64,000 bases of DNA from Opitutaceae bacterium. GTDB taxonomy: Bacteria > Verrucomicrobiota > Verrucomicrobiia > Opitutales > Coraliomargaritaceae. Shown piece after piece: positions 44,321-55,786 of this stretch (the first letter of the stretch is position 1; each line of letters starts with the position of its first letter). The notes under the pieces were generated by a model that was given only the letters and a program-made list of their open reading frames with translations, was not told the origin of the DNA and did not search any database. The position numbers and the translations under genes were made by a program. Location of the stretch: assembly GCA_051252375.1 (NCBI GenBank), contig JBPOFY010000012.1:32001-96000 (forward strand), read 5' to 3'.

Positions 44321-45133
44321 ATGATTCGTTATTTTGGAGATTTCGTAATCGATTCGCTAAAAAAACGGCGATTAAAAGTAACATCAGTCAATGAACTGAA
44401 TGATCCATTTGATTCAGCGCTGACGTATGATGATGATACATCTGATTTGCCAGAGCAGTTAAATCATGAAAGCCCAATGCCGTTACTTGCGCAATATCAT
44501 CAAATGTATCAACGGGCGTATTATAAAAATGAAAATGCCGACTTCACGTCAGTCTTTGGGATTCGTTCTCGTGGCTACATGCTGAAGAAGACCTTAGAAC
44601 ATGTGGTCAAAAGTGAACTAAGTTCATTGATCAAATTATTATGCTTCAGCTCATCAGAGATATCCGAAAATGCGGATATATTAATGTGGTCTCACTATGG
44701 GAACTCCCACTCTGGCTATCGCCTCCACTTTGAAAAAGACACCCTAAAAGCTATTGGAGGCATACATGGAGTAACTTACTCAGGAAAACGCCCAATCATG
44801 CCTCTTGCATTATTTGAAAATGAAAAAGTGGCAGACAATATGTTAGTCAAATCTAAGCAATGGGAGTATGAAGATGAAAATCGTATGTTTATCGGCAAAG
44901 ATAAAACAATCATAGACCCCATCTCTAAACTTACATTTATCAATTTTCCCACGAACGCCTTGCTTCGAGTAGATATAGGCATGAATCCCAATTCTGATGT
45001 AGCAGACGAGTTGATTAATATACTATGCGAAGAGGCATATCAACACGTTGAATTGTATCAAACATGCCTTGATGATTCAATGTTTCGGCTGAATTACGAG
45101 CGAGTTCATCTATCTCACCAAAAGGAACCCTGA
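44321..45133 (+). CDS. DUF2971 family protein
   Basis: LNDPFD, LCFS......LMWSHYG.SH.G..L.F, V.YS, KS..W.YE.E.R. Confidence 0.85.
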   Translation: MIRYFGDFVIDSLKKRRLKVTSVNELNDPFDSALTYDDDTSDLPEQLNHESPMPLLAQYHQMYQRAYYKNENADFTSVFGIRSRGYMLKKTLEHVVKSELSSLIKLLCFSSSEISENADILMWSHYGNSHSGYRLHFEKDTLKAIGGIHGVTYSGKRPIMPLALFENEKVADNMLVKSKQWEYEDENRMFIGKDKTIIDPISKLTFINFPTNALLRVDIGMNPNSDVADELINILCEEAYQHVELYQTCLDDSMFRLNYERVHLSHQKEP

Positions 45134-45343
45134 ATTTAAAGACTGCTTGCTTTTTCCTCTCCAAATACTTTTGGCGACAAGATTCACGCAGGCGTTGAAC
45201 CCAACACCCGCTTAACCGTCATTGGATATCACTTACCCCTCCGTTCGAGTTGTGATCTTCATTCCACTGGTTTGTGAAATCATTCTTAAGTCTTTTTCTG
45301 TAGTATTCCTTGTAATGCAGAAAATTGATTAAGTTAGCTTAGG

Positions 45344-45373
45344 AAAGCCTTCGGATTCGTCCGAGGGCTTTTT
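45344..45373 (+). terminator. Terminator-like hairpin at the island right edge
   Basis: AAAGCCTTCGGA-TTCG-TCCGAGGGCTTTTT; similar to the hairpin at 41414-41444. Confidence 0.75.
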
Positions 45374-45484
45374 GTGCGAAATGGGCAAGTAGGTCTGCGT
45401 GACATGATGAGTGATTCTGATGAATCGCTATAATTGTTCATTAACGATTCACTTTTGATTGGGGATTGGTTTGATAGGTGACTT

Positions 45485-46102
45485 ATGTTTACCGGAATAA
45501 TTGAAGAAACGGGGACGGTTGTTTCCTTTGAGGAGCAAGCGAACTCATGGCGCCTAGTGCTGGAGGCGCAGGTCGTCACGAAGGATCTACAGATGGGAGA
45601 TAGCGTGGCGGTGAATGGCTGTTGTCTGACCGCGGTGGCATTTTCGGAGAATCGGATCGAATTTGATCTGCTGGGTGAAACCAAGCGATTGACGTCGATC
45701 GATGGCGTTGGTCCAGGCGGCAAGGTGAACTTGGAACGTGCGTTGCTGCCTTCGACGCGTATGGGCGGGCACTTTGTTTCGGGCCACGTGGACGGCACGG
45801 GCTTAATCGAAGCGATCGAGCCGCGTGGTAAGGATTTCTTTTTTCGGATCAAACCGGATGCCGACAAGTTGAAGTATATCGTGAGCAAGGGTTGCATCAC
45901 GGTGGATGGTATTTCGCTGACGGTTGCTGAGGTGGATGATGCGGGTTTTGCGATCTGGTTGATCCCACACACTATGGAGGTGACCAATTTGCACACCAAG
46001 CAGGTTGGCGATCGGGTGAACCTGGAATATGATTTGATCGCTAAATACGTGGAAAAGCTCGGAATGAACGTCGAACGTCCAACGTCGAACGTCCAATCAT
46101 GA
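45485..46102 (+). CDS. ribE: Riboflavin synthase (alpha chain)
   Basis: [40 protein letters not shown]-terminal [11 protein letters not shown] is repeat-derived. Confidence 0.96.
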   Translation: MFTGIIEETGTVVSFEEQANSWRLVLEAQVVTKDLQMGDSVAVNGCCLTAVAFSENRIEFDLLGETKRLTSIDGVGPGGKVNLERALLPSTRMGGHFVSGHVDGTGLIEAIEPRGKDFFFRIKPDADKLKYIVSKGCITVDGISLTVAEVDDAGFAIWLIPHTMEVTNLHTKQVGDRVNLEYDLIAKYVEKLGMNVERPTSNVQS

Positions 46103-46231
46103 ATTGGGAGCATTGACGGCTCAGGCTTGAGGTGTTCGTGGGAATGCTCTTCGGGAACGTCCAGTAGATAGGTCGGGTTTTACACCGAGCTTATTCAAAA
46201 TTCAATGTTTTGAGTTGGACGTTCGACGTTC
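46066..46231. repeat. Heptamer-armed inverted repeat (39-nt arms, 88-nt spacer) between ribE and prfB
   Basis: GAACGTCGAACGTCCAACGTCGAACGTCCAATCATGAAT (46066-46104); ATTCAAAATTCAATGTTTTGAGTTGGACGTTCGACGTTC (46193-46231). Confidence 0.88.
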
Positions 46232-46250
46232 TTTTGTTCCTATCGTGGTC

Positions 46251-47412
46251 ATGAATTTAATGACACCAGAAGTTCGGTCCCAAATCGATGAGTTGACCCG
46301 CCGCGCGGGCCATATCTGGAGGTATCTTTGACGGAGATACGAAGCAGGCACGTATTGCTGAGTTAGACGCACAAATGTCGGAGGCGGCCTTTTGGAACGA
46401 TCAGACCGCGGCTCAGAAAGTTATCAGCGAAGCGAATCGTTTGAAGAATGCGGTGAATCCAGCGGCTGCCTTTAATGCGGAGATTGCTGACATGAAGGCG
46501 ATGCTTGAGCTGGTTGATGAGATGGGCGATGACCCCGATGCGGAAGCGTATCAGCAGGAAGTGATCGATACCTTACATCGTTTGCAGCCTAAGTTGGACC
46601 AACTGGAGCTGGCTTCGTTTCTCAGTGGACCGAACGATGGTTGCAATGCCTTGCTCACTGTTAACTCCGGTGCCGGTGGCACGGAGTCTTGTGACTGGGC
46701 AGATATGTTAATGCGGATGTATACGCGTTGGGCGGAGAGTGCTGGTTTTAGTGCGGAGGTGTTGGACATACAACCCGGTGAAGAGGCGGGCATTAGTTCG
46801 GCCACGATGCGGATAAGTGGCGCCAATGCTTTCGGCTATGCCAAGGCAGAGCGCGGGGTGCACCGATTGGTTCGAATCAGTCCTTTCGACTCGAACGCGC
46901 GTCGCCATACATCTTTCTCTTCGGTCGATGTGATTGCTGAGCTGGAGGATGATGCAGATATTGTAATCGATCCTTCAGAGATTCGCACGGATGTGTATCG
47001 CGCCAGCGGTAAAGGTGGGCAGCACGTGAATCGGACAGAGTCGGCCGTGCGCCTCACGCACATTCCTTCGGGGATCGTAGTGACTTGTCAGAATGATCGC
47101 TCACAAATCAAGAATAAGGCCACTGCGATGCGCACATTGAAATCACGCCTCTACGAAAAGCAGGAAGATGAGAAGCGCAGCGAGATGGAGAAATTCTATG
47201 GTGAAAAGGGCGACATCGCTTGGGGAAATCAGATCCGGTCGTATGTCTTTCAGCCGTATCAGATGGTCAAAGATCTGCGCACTGGTGTGGAAACCGGTAA
47301 TGTGCAGGCGGTGATGGATGGGGCGCTCGATCCGTTCATCCATGCTTGGTTACGTGCGGGTGGTCCAACCTCTCGCGTGGCTGCGGCGGATAGAGATTTT
47401 GCTGACGAGTGA
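46251..47412 (+). CDS. prfB: Peptide chain release factor 2, programmed +1 frameshift
   Basis: ORF0 from ATG 46251 ends WRYL-stop with GGAGG-TAT-CTT-TGA-C (46326-46332); the +1 frame continues into the 46375 ORF with SPF and GGQ motifs. Confidence 0.96.
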
Positions 47413-47500
47413 TTTTCCGAAAACTCTAGGCTGCGGCTTGACGCCGTCGGCTTCGTGTTGGATGAATAGGCGGGCGTGATCAGTTGCGCTTGGATCTAGG

Positions 47501-48931
47501 ATGAACGAAACCACACAAAGCACCGGCGGGCTCCGCTACGAAGATGCGCTTCAGGCGTTTTCCGATCAGTCTTTGTTTGAGAACAAGACTTGGCGTTATT
47601 CGCCCGAGGCTTTTCCGCTCACTTCCGCGCAAGTGAAGGAGATACGTCTGATCGGACAGGCTTGTTATGATTTTTATCGTGCGCAAGAGACGCTTTATTT
47701 GCGCTCGGTGGAAGGGAAGAACCTGCTTCGCAATCGCGAATTAAAAGCTCCATGGGTGGCGGAATATTTGGATCGGGGTAAGCCAGAATCCCTGATTGAG
47801 CACGCGCGTTCGAAGGCATTGCGCGGAACGACGCCCATGGTGATACGCCCGGACCTATTGATGACCGATTCGGGCTTTGCGATGACCGAGATCGATTCGG
47901 TGCCAGGAGGCATTGGGCTGACGGCGTTCTTGAATCGTCTCTACACCCCGTTTCATGGTGATGCTTTGATCGGCGCCGGAGGGGAAGATATGATCGAGGC
48001 TTTCTATGGGGCGCTTTGTTCGCGTGCCCCTGCGATGACGGCGCCGTTTATTGCGATTGTCGTGAGTGATGAAGCGGCGACCTACCGACCGGAGATGGAG
48101 TGGCTCAGTTCACAACTTCGGCAGCGAGGGCGCCGGGTGCATGTGTTTCATCCGAACGATGTGATGCCGCTTGGGGATAAGATCTGCGTGGGCATTGACG
48201 GTGATCCCCAGCAAGTAGATGTGATTTATCGGTTTTGGGAGTTGTTTGATTTGGCGAATGTCTCGATTGCCGAGTTTTTACTTAAAGCGCGTCGAGAAGC
48301 GCAGCTCAGTCTGACGCCACCGATGCGACCTTTCCAGGAGGAGAAGCTCAGTTTAGCACTGTTCCGCCACCATATTCTTGAGGATTACTGGCAGGAGAGC
48401 CTGCCGAAGCAGTCCTATCGTGTGCTGAAGCGGGTGATTCCGCAGACTTGGGTCATGGACCCTGTGGAGCTGCCACCGAATGCGGTGCTGGATGCACCTT
48501 ACATCGGAGGTAAGCCGATCACGACTTGGTCGGAACTGGTAGATGCGAGTAAGAAGGAGCGGAATTTGATTATTAAGATCAGCGGTTTCCACGAAAGTGC
48601 ATGGGGGGCTCGTAGTGTGACCTTGGGGAGTGATTCGTCTCGCGTGGACTGGGAGTCGGCGATTCAGCAGGCAATCACGATGTCCGACACCTCGCTACAT
48701 ATTTTACAGACCTACGAAAAGCCTAAGCGCCTAAGCCACCCCGTGTATGCGCCTGATGGGAGTGGTATTTACCAAATGGAAGGTCGTATGCGTCTTTGCC
48801 CTTATTATTTTGTGGATGAAAAAGCACACGCCGCGCAGTTGCATGGTATTTTGGCGACGCTCTGCCCGGCGGATAAGAAAATTATCCACGGCATGAAGGA
48901 TGCGGCACTATTGCCGTGTGTGGAGGTGTAA
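47501..48931 (+). CDS. Hypothetical ATP-grasp-like protein
   Basis: IRPDLL....F...E.DS.PGG.G, YRFWELFD, IIKISG, R.RLCPYY resemble glutathionylspermidine-synthase-like ATP-grasp folds. Confidence 0.6.
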   Translation: MNETTQSTGGLRYEDALQAFSDQSLFENKTWRYSPEAFPLTSAQVKEIRLIGQACYDFYRAQETLYLRSVEGKNLLRNRELKAPWVAEYLDRGKPESLIEHARSKALRGTTPMVIRPDLLMTDSGFAMTEIDSVPGGIGLTAFLNRLYTPFHGDALIGAGGEDMIEAFYGALCSRAPAMTAPFIAIVVSDEAATYRPEMEWLSSQLRQRGRRVHVFHPNDVMPLGDKICVGIDGDPQQVDVIYRFWELFDLANVSIAEFLLKARREAQLSLTPPMRPFQEEKLSLALFRHHILEDYWQESLPKQSYRVLKRVIPQTWVMDPVELPPNAVLDAPYIGGKPITTWSELVDASKKERNLIIKISGFHESAWGARSVTLGSDSSRVDWESAIQQAITMSDTSLHILQTYEKPKRLSHPVYAPDGSGIYQMEGRMRLCPYYFVDEKAHAAQLHGILATLCPADKKIIHGMKDAALLPCVEV

Positions 48932-49099
48932 GCGGGGGTGCTTAGTGTCAGGGTGGCACATGTTTTGCTTTGAAACATAACATTTCCTGATAAAAGGCCT
49001 CATTTATGCTTTCTGCTTCCATCGTCGCCTGAAAACACTATGGGTATTCGCTCTTGGCGGGATTTTTGACGCCAATAACCACACAATTATTCAATTTCC

Positions 49100-51625
49100 A
49101 TGACACAAACAGCTACTAAACCTAAGAAAACTGCGAACAAGGCAGTTTCTAAAACGAATAAAACGAAAGCATACCGCTTTGACATCGATACGACTACAGA
49201 GTCGATGAAGGAGTCTATCTTGAATCATCTGCGCTTTACCTTGGCTCGTCATGCCGAGAGTGCGACGAAGGACGAGTGGTGGACAGCGACTTGTATGGCA
49301 GTGCGTGATCGCCTGCTGGATCGCTTTATGAAAACGCAGGAAGTGCACCACAAAAAGAAGGTGCGCCGTGCTTACTATTTGAGTCTCGAATATTTGATGG
49401 GGCGTTTGCTCATCAATAACTTACATAATGCCGGACTGTTTGAGCAGACTCGTGATGCGTTGACCGATCTCGGGCAAGATTTCACCGCTATTGCAGACGA
49501 AGAAGCGGATATGGGCCTTGGTAACGGTGGCCTTGGTCGTTTGGCGGCCTGCTTCTTGGATTCCCTTGCGACATTGGATTTGCCAGCGATTGGTTACGGA
49601 ATCCACTACGAATTTGGTCTTTTCCGCCAAGAGTTTAAAGACGGTCATCAAATCGAGCACCCTGACGTTTGGATGGAAAAAGGCTGCCCATGGGAAGTCA
49701 TGCGCCCGAATTTTTCTCAGAAAGTGCAACTGTATGGTCGCGTAGAGCACAAGATGGACAGTAAGGGCATCTTCAAGCCTAAGTGGGTCGACTACAAGTT
49801 GATCGAAGGCGTGCCTTATGACATCGGTATCGTCGGCTACGGTGGCGAGACAGTGAATTTTCTCCGTCTCTGGGACTCCAAGTCCACGCAAGAGTTTGAC
49901 CTCGATATTTTCAATGATGGTGGATACGTCGAAGCAGTTCGTGAAAAAGCCATGGGTGAAACGATCTCTAAGGTGCTGTATCCGAACGACTCGACCGAAA
50001 ACGGTAAGGAGCTGCGTCTTGTTCAGCAGTATTTCTTCGTGTCATGCTCGCTTAAGGATATCATTCGCCGCTTCCACGCACACCACAGCGATTGGTCGGA
50101 GTTTAAGGATTACAATGCGCTGCAATTGAACGATACGCACCCAGCTATCGCGATTCCTGAGTTGATGCGTCTCTTGATCGACGAATATGATCTCGAGTGG
50201 GATGCCGCATGGGATATCACCAGCAGCGTTTGTAACTACACGAATCATACGCTACTCCCTGAAGCGTTAGAAAAATGGAGTGTGCCTCTGTTTGAGAAGG
50301 TGCTTCCACGTCACTTGGAAATTATTTACGAGATCAACTCGCGCTTCTTGCAAGATGTTGTTGAAGCGAAATGGCCTGGAGACGGCGCGAAGAAGGCTGA
50401 GCTTTCTATCATCGAAGAGGGTAACCCTAAGATGGTTCGCATGGCATACCTCTCTGTCGTTGGTTCGACAAAGGTGAATGGTGTGGCTGCATTGCACACC
50501 GATTTGTTAAAGAAGAATCTCTTCGCGACTTTCCACGAATTGTATCCAAATAAATTGATCAACATGACGAACGGCATTACGCCACGTCGTTGGTTGCTCG
50601 CATGTAACCCGGGTCTAAGTGAGCTCATCACTGAGAAGGTCGGTTCTGATTGGCCGAAGGATCTGGATAAGCTGCAATCGATTTCCAAGTTTGCGGATGA
50701 TGCTAAGTTCCAAAAGCGCTTCATGGACATCAAGTATGCAAACAAGCAGGCCTTTGCGGATTTCGTTCTTGCGGATTCCGGCACAGTTATCAGCCCGGAT
50801 GCCTTGTTTGATGTGCAGATCAAGCGTTTGCACGAATACAAGCGTCAGCACTTGAATGTTTTGCATATCTTGACGCTCTACCGTCGCCTGTTGAACGATC
50901 CAACTTATGAAATGAATCCACGTGTATTCATCTTTGGTGCAAAGGCAGCACCTGGTTATGCATTGGCGAAGAACATTATTCGTGCGATCAACAAGATTGC
51001 TGAGAAGGTGAACAACGATCCACGCATTAACGGTAAGATCAAAATCGTCTTCCCACAAAACTATCGTATCACGATGGCGGAAAAGATGATTCCTGCTGCG
51101 GATCTTTCAGAGCAAATCTCCACCGCTGGTAAGGAAGCTTCCGGCACTGGTAACATGAAGCTTTCACTCAATGGTGCCTTGACCATCGGCACACTCGATG
51201 GTGCCAATGTCGAAATCGGCGAAGAAGTCGGTGACGAGAATATTTTCATCTTCGGCAACACAGTTGAGCAAGTCGACGAGATCAACGCCAAGGGCTACAA
51301 TCCCTACGACTATTACAATGGTAACTGGGAATTGAAGGCTGTGATCGATTGGTTGCGCTCTGATTACTTCACACCAGGTGAACATGATGCCTTCGCGCCG
51401 CTTTGCAGCAGTTGGTTAGAGGGTGGCGATCCATATCTCTGCCTCGCTGACTATGCGGATTACGTTCGCGCACAAGAAGAAGTCGACAAGGCATTCAGCG
51501 ATAAGAAGCGCTGGGCTAAGATGGCGATTCTGAATACCGCCCGCATGGGTAAGTTCTCTTCGGATCGCACCATTAGCGAATACGCTAAGCAGATCTGGAA
51601 GTTGAAGCCCGTTTCTATCGGGTAG
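49100..51625 (+). CDS. glgP: Glycogen/alpha-glucan phosphorylase
   Basis: [42 protein letters not shown] site, FSSDRTI. Confidence 0.97.
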   Translation: MTQTATKPKKTANKAVSKTNKTKAYRFDIDTTTESMKESILNHLRFTLARHAESATKDEWWTATCMAVRDRLLDRFMKTQEVHHKKKVRRAYYLSLEYLMGRLLINNLHNAGLFEQTRDALTDLGQDFTAIADEEADMGLGNGGLGRLAACFLDSLATLDLPAIGYGIHYEFGLFRQEFKDGHQIEHPDVWMEKGCPWEVMRPNFSQKVQLYGRVEHKMDSKGIFKPKWVDYKLIEGVPYDIGIVGYGGETVNFLRLWDSKSTQEFDLDIFNDGGYVEAVREKAMGETISKVLYPNDSTENGKELRLVQQYFFVSCSLKDIIRRFHAHHSDWSEFKDYNALQLNDTHPAIAIPELMRLLIDEYDLEWDAAWDITSSVCNYTNHTLLPEALEKWSVPLFEKVLPRHLEIIYEINSRFLQDVVEAKWPGDGAKKAELSIIEEGNPKMVRMAYLSVVGSTKVNGVAALHTDLLKKNLFATFHELYPNKLINMTNGITPRRWLLACNPGLSELITEKVGSDWPKDLDKLQSISKFADDAKFQKRFMDIKYANKQAFADFVLADSGTVISPDALFDVQIKRLHEYKRQHLNVLHILTLYRRLLNDPTYEMNPRVFIFGAKAAPGYALAKNIIRAINKIAEKVNNDPRINGKIKIVFPQNYRITMAEKMIPAADLSEQISTAGKEASGTGNMKLSLNGALTIGTLDGANVEIGEEVGDENIFIFGNTVEQVDEINAKGYNPYDYYNGNWELKAVIDWLRSDYFTPGEHDAFAPLCSSWLEGGDPYLCLADYADYVRAQEEVDKAFSDKKRWAKMAILNTARMGKFSSDRTISEYAKQIWKLKPVSIG

Positions 51626-51646
51626 GCGTCAGTCGCAAATAATTTC

Positions 51647-51677
51647 AAAAGGGCGTGCCGCAAGGCGCGCCCTTTTT
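51647..51677. terminator. Rho-independent terminator after glgP
   Basis: AAAAGGGCGTGCC-GCAA-GGCGCGCCCTTTTT. Confidence 0.88.
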
Positions 51678-51842
51678 GTTGGTTCACCGTCGATTAGAGG
51701 GTGGCGCCTGCATGTAATCGAGGCTTAGGTGATGAATACATCGAGGCACTGGATGGAAGCGCTCCGTTCTAACCTGAGCCTGTCAAAGTGTTGTTCCCGC
51801 ACGTATGACTTGCGCTAGGTAATCTCGAGCGCCTCTGACTAA

Positions 51843-51868
51843 CGGCAATGACGGAGCATTACCCTCCA
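51843..51868 (-). repeat. Single GGAG-type REP, same family as in the MITE
   Basis: Reverse complement TGGAGGGTAATGCTCCGTCATTGCCG matches 28787-28813 except one substitution and one indel. Confidence 0.8.
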
Positions 51869-51932
51869 ATTATTTCCAGAATCTAAATGAGCCTTCCGGG
51901 ATTGATGACGCTCAAACCTCTTTGTAGGGATA

Positions 51933-53315
51933 TTAGTTTGTCGTTTCCTTTGAGGAGCGTGCAGACTGGATCTCGTTTAGACCTCGAATGATGCGGTATT
52001 TTCCAGAGAACTGGCGGACATAATCTTTAAGCTGAGCTTCCGACTGTTCATTGAAGTTCTCATCACCCGCGAGAAACAACACGACGTTGATTGATGGCTC
52101 GGTTTTATTTTTATCCTTATACAAAGTATCTGTGAGTGTTTTGAAATACTTGCTGACTAATCGGTCGCTGATTTGGAAGCTGGGTTTGTGCCCGGGATGA
52201 GACGTTTTCCACTTAAGTTTTAGCTCGTTCGCATTCGAGTAAATGCCGTGGCGTTGCGCAAGGATGCGGTCTGGTTGTCCTTTGGCGGCTCGGTCTGCAT
52301 TAATCTTGGCCATCTCTGCGTCGATACGCTTTTGCATTTCTGGCTTCTCCTGGTTATGCGCTTCAAGTTGTTTAATGTAGCTTGGTTGGGAAATCGTCCT
52401 TTGCCAATCGGCCTCTTCTCGCTCATTGAGTGTGCGGCGCAAAGTTTCGAATCCACGATGATATCCGGTGATGAAGAATATGGCGTCCACGTCCTGCTCC
52501 ATTGCGTATTGAGTTAGGAATGCGGTTTCATTCCCGCGCCAGCCATGTTTAAGTGTCGGGAATACCTCTTCATCATCGTTGAGTGTGACAATTTGTGGCT
52601 TTTTTGCTAGGCGGTTACTCTCGAGTCCAATGTTGGTATCTTCAGAGTTGATTGCGCTAACCCACTGCACCAAGCCCTGGTGTGCCTCCGTTCCTGCAGA
52701 GGAGAGTTGAGGTTTATAGAGCATGGTTCGGGTGCGGTCATAGAGCATGACGTTGAAGAGTGTGCCCGCGGAGAGATTACCAACCATGTCGGTGATCTCG
52801 TCTTTAATGATTTTATAGCTGTTCAATCCACCTTTTTTGTCGGTGACCATTTCGCGATTGGCATCGATGATGAAGAGTAAGCGTTCGGCTTTTGTTTTGA
52901 GTCCGAAAACACTGACATTTGAGATGCCCATGCCGAGCGAACCTTTGGTGCCGCCGAGAAGGCTGCCGCCACCGAGTCCACCGATTCCAGAGCTGACTGT
53001 GAATGATTCTTCCATCGTGGGAAGTTCGACATCGATGTTGGAAATTGCGATATTGCCGACTTGCTTCATGCGCAAGTTGTTCATCGGCTGGTTTTGAGGC
53101 GCGGCTTGTTGCTTGATCTCAATTTTCACCTCTTTTGGTGGCTCGATCTCTTCAATTACCGGAGGTTCTTCAAATTTTGCGTCATCAGGGATGATATATT
53201 TGATGATCGTGATACTTCCCAGAATGAAGATCGCTACAACGTGTATCAGTAAGCTGATCAGAATGACGTTCAGCAGCATGGGGTTGATTTTGCGCTTTTT
53301 TGGCTCGGTGATCAT
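51933..53315 (-). CDS. Membrane-anchored vWA-like hypothetical protein
   Basis: N-terminal 'SLLIH' TM anchor, Gly-rich linker, 'FG.......LFIID...M', 'GT.FNV..Y', 'DAIFFIT'. Confidence 0.65.
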   Translation of the reverse strand: MITEPKKRKINPMLLNVILISLLIHVVAIFILGSITIIKYIIPDDAKFEEPPVIEEIEPPKEVKIEIKQQAAPQNQPMNNLRMKQVGNIAISNIDVELPTMEESFTVSSGIGGLGGGSLLGGTKGSLGMGISNVSVFGLKTKAERLLFIIDANREMVTDKKGGLNSYKIIKDEITDMVGNLSAGTLFNVMLYDRTRTMLYKPQLSSAGTEAHQGLVQWVSAINSEDTNIGLESNRLAKKPQIVTLNDDEEVFPTLKHGWRGNETAFLTQYAMEQDVDAIFFITGYHRGFETLRRTLNEREEADWQRTISQPSYIKQLEAHNQEKPEMQKRIDAEMAKINADRAAKGQPDRILAQRHGIYSNANELKLKWKTSHPGHKPSFQISDRLVSKYFKTLTDTLYKDKNKTEPSINVVLFLAGDENFNEQSEAQLKDYVRQFSGKYRIIRGLNEIQSARSSKETTN

Positions 53316-53438
53316 GGGAGGGGAGTTTTAGGTAAATTCGGAGATGTCTTATCTCAGTGAGAAAAGTAGATAATAAGAGACTTCGGGCAGTTTAAGGTCA
53401 AGCGATCCAATGTTAATAGCTAAAGTTATTAGATCGAT

Positions 53439-54053
53439 TTAGTCATTCGTTTGCTGAAGCGCCTGTTCTTGGATGGCCTTTTGGTAAATGGCTCGACTGA
53501 TCCAGGCATCGGTGGCGGCATAGCGGATTTGCTTATCGTCTAGTTCGCTACGTGCCCAGTTAGAGACTTGAGCGGCTTTGCTGATGCGTCCGTCGAGGCA
53601 GAGCCCGGCAAGTGCACGGAGACCGCGGTTTTCGTAACCCAATTTGCGAGTGAGCTCGGCAATTTCGTAAAAGCCCGCTGGCTCGAATTCCTCCATGGCG
53701 CGGAGCTCTTTTACGTCATCTTTAATGGCGACGCCTGTCTTCAAAATGTCGGGAGATTCAAGTATCGGCAGCAATGGTGCGAGGGTCTTGACTTTAGAAA
53801 TGCGGAACAAATACACGCAATCTTCAGTGGCCAGTTGGACCAACGCGGGAGGGTAGTATTCACCTTTTTTGAAAGTGGGGCGTGTCTCCGTGTCGAAACC
53901 AAGATGTGACTCTTGTGTCAGTTTTTCGCAGACAGCAGCCATTTCTTCGACCGTGTTTAAAATCTCGATGGGTCCTTCCCATGCGATCAAGGGTAGGTCG
54001 TTAATTTCAGCTTTGGATATACTACGTGTTTCTGGGGTGGTCGAATCGGACAT
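53439..54053 (-). CDS. 3'-5' exonuclease (DnaQ/WRN-like DEDD)
   Basis: LGFDTETRP, LVQLA, K.GV...DD, SNW...L...QI.YAATDA. Confidence 0.9.
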   Translation of the reverse strand: MSDSTTPETRSISKAEINDLPLIAWEGPIEILNTVEEMAAVCEKLTQESHLGFDTETRPTFKKGEYYPPALVQLATEDCVYLFRISKVKTLAPLLPILESPDILKTGVAIKDDVKELRAMEEFEPAGFYEIAELTRKLGYENRGLRALAGLCLDGRISKAAQVSNWARSELDDKQIRYAATDAWISRAIYQKAIQEQALQQTND

Positions 54054-54083
54054 TTGATGGGAGAATTATAATAAGAGCGCGAT

Positions 54084-55055
54084 CTAAGCTTCGAGGATCA
54101 AGCCATCGTAAGCGAGTGTGATTTGCTCGGGGTAGAGATGGGTGGCCTCAGGAGTGACGGTGCGATTGTAAGTTTCACTGTATGCGAGTGCCTCTTTATG
54201 GATATTCTCGATATCGCGGTCAGAGTGAGCTGGTTCATGGTGGAAGACTGCCAGCTTTTTGACTTTCGCCCGTGCCGCGAGCTCTACAGCAGTCATGTGG
54301 TCTGAGTGTCCCCAGTGGCGCTTGGCATTGTTGGCATCTTCGAAGGTATATTGACCATCAAAGATAAGCACGTCGGCGTCTTTAAAGAAATCGATAAAGT
54401 GGTAATCTTCGTCTTTGGCTTCCGGCCCGTGCTCGGAATCGGAAGAGTATATAATAGATTTACCCGCTTGTTCGAAGCGATAGCCCCATGAGTCGCCGGG
54501 GTGATCTTGCTTGATCGTGCTCACCTCGACATCGCCGACTTTGAAGGAGTCGCCAGTTTCGCGTATATCGAATTCGATCGTGGCTTGCATCGTTTCAAAG
54601 GGGACGGGGAAGCAAGGAGGTTGCATCTGCTCGCGAATCGCGCTTTCGATGGTTGAGTGGAACCCGTGGAAAATAATGCGGTTCCCGGGCACATAGGCGG
54701 GTGCGAAGAAGGGAAAGCCTTGAATGTGATCCCAGTGTAAATGTGAGATGAAAATGTGGTAGGTCTTTGGGTAAGTGCTGGGATCGATACTCAATGCGTA
54801 GTCCCGTATGCCTGTGCCAGCATCGCAAATGATGACATCTTCGGTGCCAGCATCGATTTGGACGCAAGAGGTATTTGCCTTGTAGGTGCCATGTGCGCTG
54901 TGCGGCAGGCGTTCCAAGTATTTGTCAACATCGCCCTCGGTTTGAAAACGCTCGTTACGTGCTCCCCATAGAGCATTTTTGACCTTCTGTCGGATGACTT
55001 CAGAAGATGCTGGTGAGGGGAGTGAGCCACATGAGCCCCAGATTATCGCTTTCAT
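54084..55055 (-). CDS. MBL-fold metallo-hydrolase
   Basis: NTSCV, DAGTGIR, SHLHWDHIQGFPFF, HPG, WGHS, FHHEP. Confidence 0.9.
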   Translation of the reverse strand: MKAIIWGSCGSLPSPASSEVIRQKVKNALWGARNERFQTEGDVDKYLERLPHSAHGTYKANTSCVQIDAGTEDVIICDAGTGIRDYALSIDPSTYPKTYHIFISHLHWDHIQGFPFFAPAYVPGNRIIFHGFHSTIESAIREQMQPPCFPVPFETMQATIEFDIRETGDSFKVGDVEVSTIKQDHPGDSWGYRFEQAGKSIIYSSDSEHGPEAKDEDYHFIDFFKDADVLIFDGQYTFEDANNAKRHWGHSDHMTAVELAARAKVKKLAVFHHEPAHSDRDIENIHKEALAYSETYNRTVTPEATHLYPEQITLAYDGLILEA

Positions 55056-55183
55056 GTCGGGTAGTTAAAAGCGCAACTATGTTTGTTACAAACTCGGAGT
55101 CAAAGCAAAGGATACCACAAATCGAGTGAAGTCTTTGTATTTTGGGCTAGCCCGCGAGCTCATCTGAGGACAGCCTAACACGC

Positions 55184-55786
55184 GTGAATCTACCAAATCT
55201 TCTCACACTCTCCCGTATCCCGATACTTTTCGGGGTCGTTGCCTTTTTGCATGCTCAGTTCACAGGAGCTAGCACGATTGCTTTTATACTCTTTATCATC
55301 GGTGCGCTGACGGATTGGGCGGACGGCTATTACGCACGTAAGCAGGGTCTCGTCTCGAATTTCGGCAAACTGATGGATGCGCTCACCGATAAGGTATTCA
55401 TGGTCGGTCTGTTTATTGCACTTTTGGTGATGGGTGTATTGCCAGGCCTTTGGTCGCTATTTCTTCTTCTACTGATTCTTAGTCGTGAATTTTTAATCAC
55501 GGGGCTCCGTTTAGTGGCGGCTAGCTCTGGTGTGGTTCTTGCCGCTGAAAAATCCGGAAAGCACAAGACCGTCTCGCAAATGGTTTCGGCGATACTATTA
55601 CTCATGGCGATCGCGGTGCGTAAAGACTTCCCCGAATTGGTGCCAGCTGTCGTAGGCGACACGTTGCATTGGGGCGGACTCGGCTTTTTCGTCGTGGCCA
55701 CGTTGCTGACGGTATCTTCGGGCACGGTTTATATGGTGAAGTATTGGTCTATTTTTACAGGAGAGAACGATGGCAAATCCGAATAG
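55184..55786 (+). CDS. pgsA: CDP-diacylglycerol--glycerol-3-phosphate 3-phosphatidyltransferase
   Basis: NLPN.LT.SR, D..DG..AR.......FG..MD...DK, RE..ITGLR, GK.KT. Confidence 0.94.
   Translation: MNLPNLLTLSRIPILFGVVAFLHAQFTGASTIAFILFIIGALTDWADGYYARKQGLVSNFGKLMDALTDKVFMVGLFIALLVMGVLPGLWSLFLLLLILSREFLITGLRLVAASSGVVLAAEKSGKHKTVSQMVSAILLLMAIAVRKDFPELVPAVVGDTLHWGGLGFFVVATLLTVSSGTVYMVKYWSIFTGENDGKSE

Noticed and set aside
45334..46113. 259-aa minus-strand ORF
   Set aside because: Antisense to ribE with no recognisable motifs
46251..46374. prfB as a pseudogene
   Set aside because: The in-frame TGA is the canonical programmed frameshift site
51680..51840. Possible ncRNA or degenerate REP partner downstream of the glgP terminator
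   Set aside because: Only a weak TAGAGGG remnant; no supportable structure
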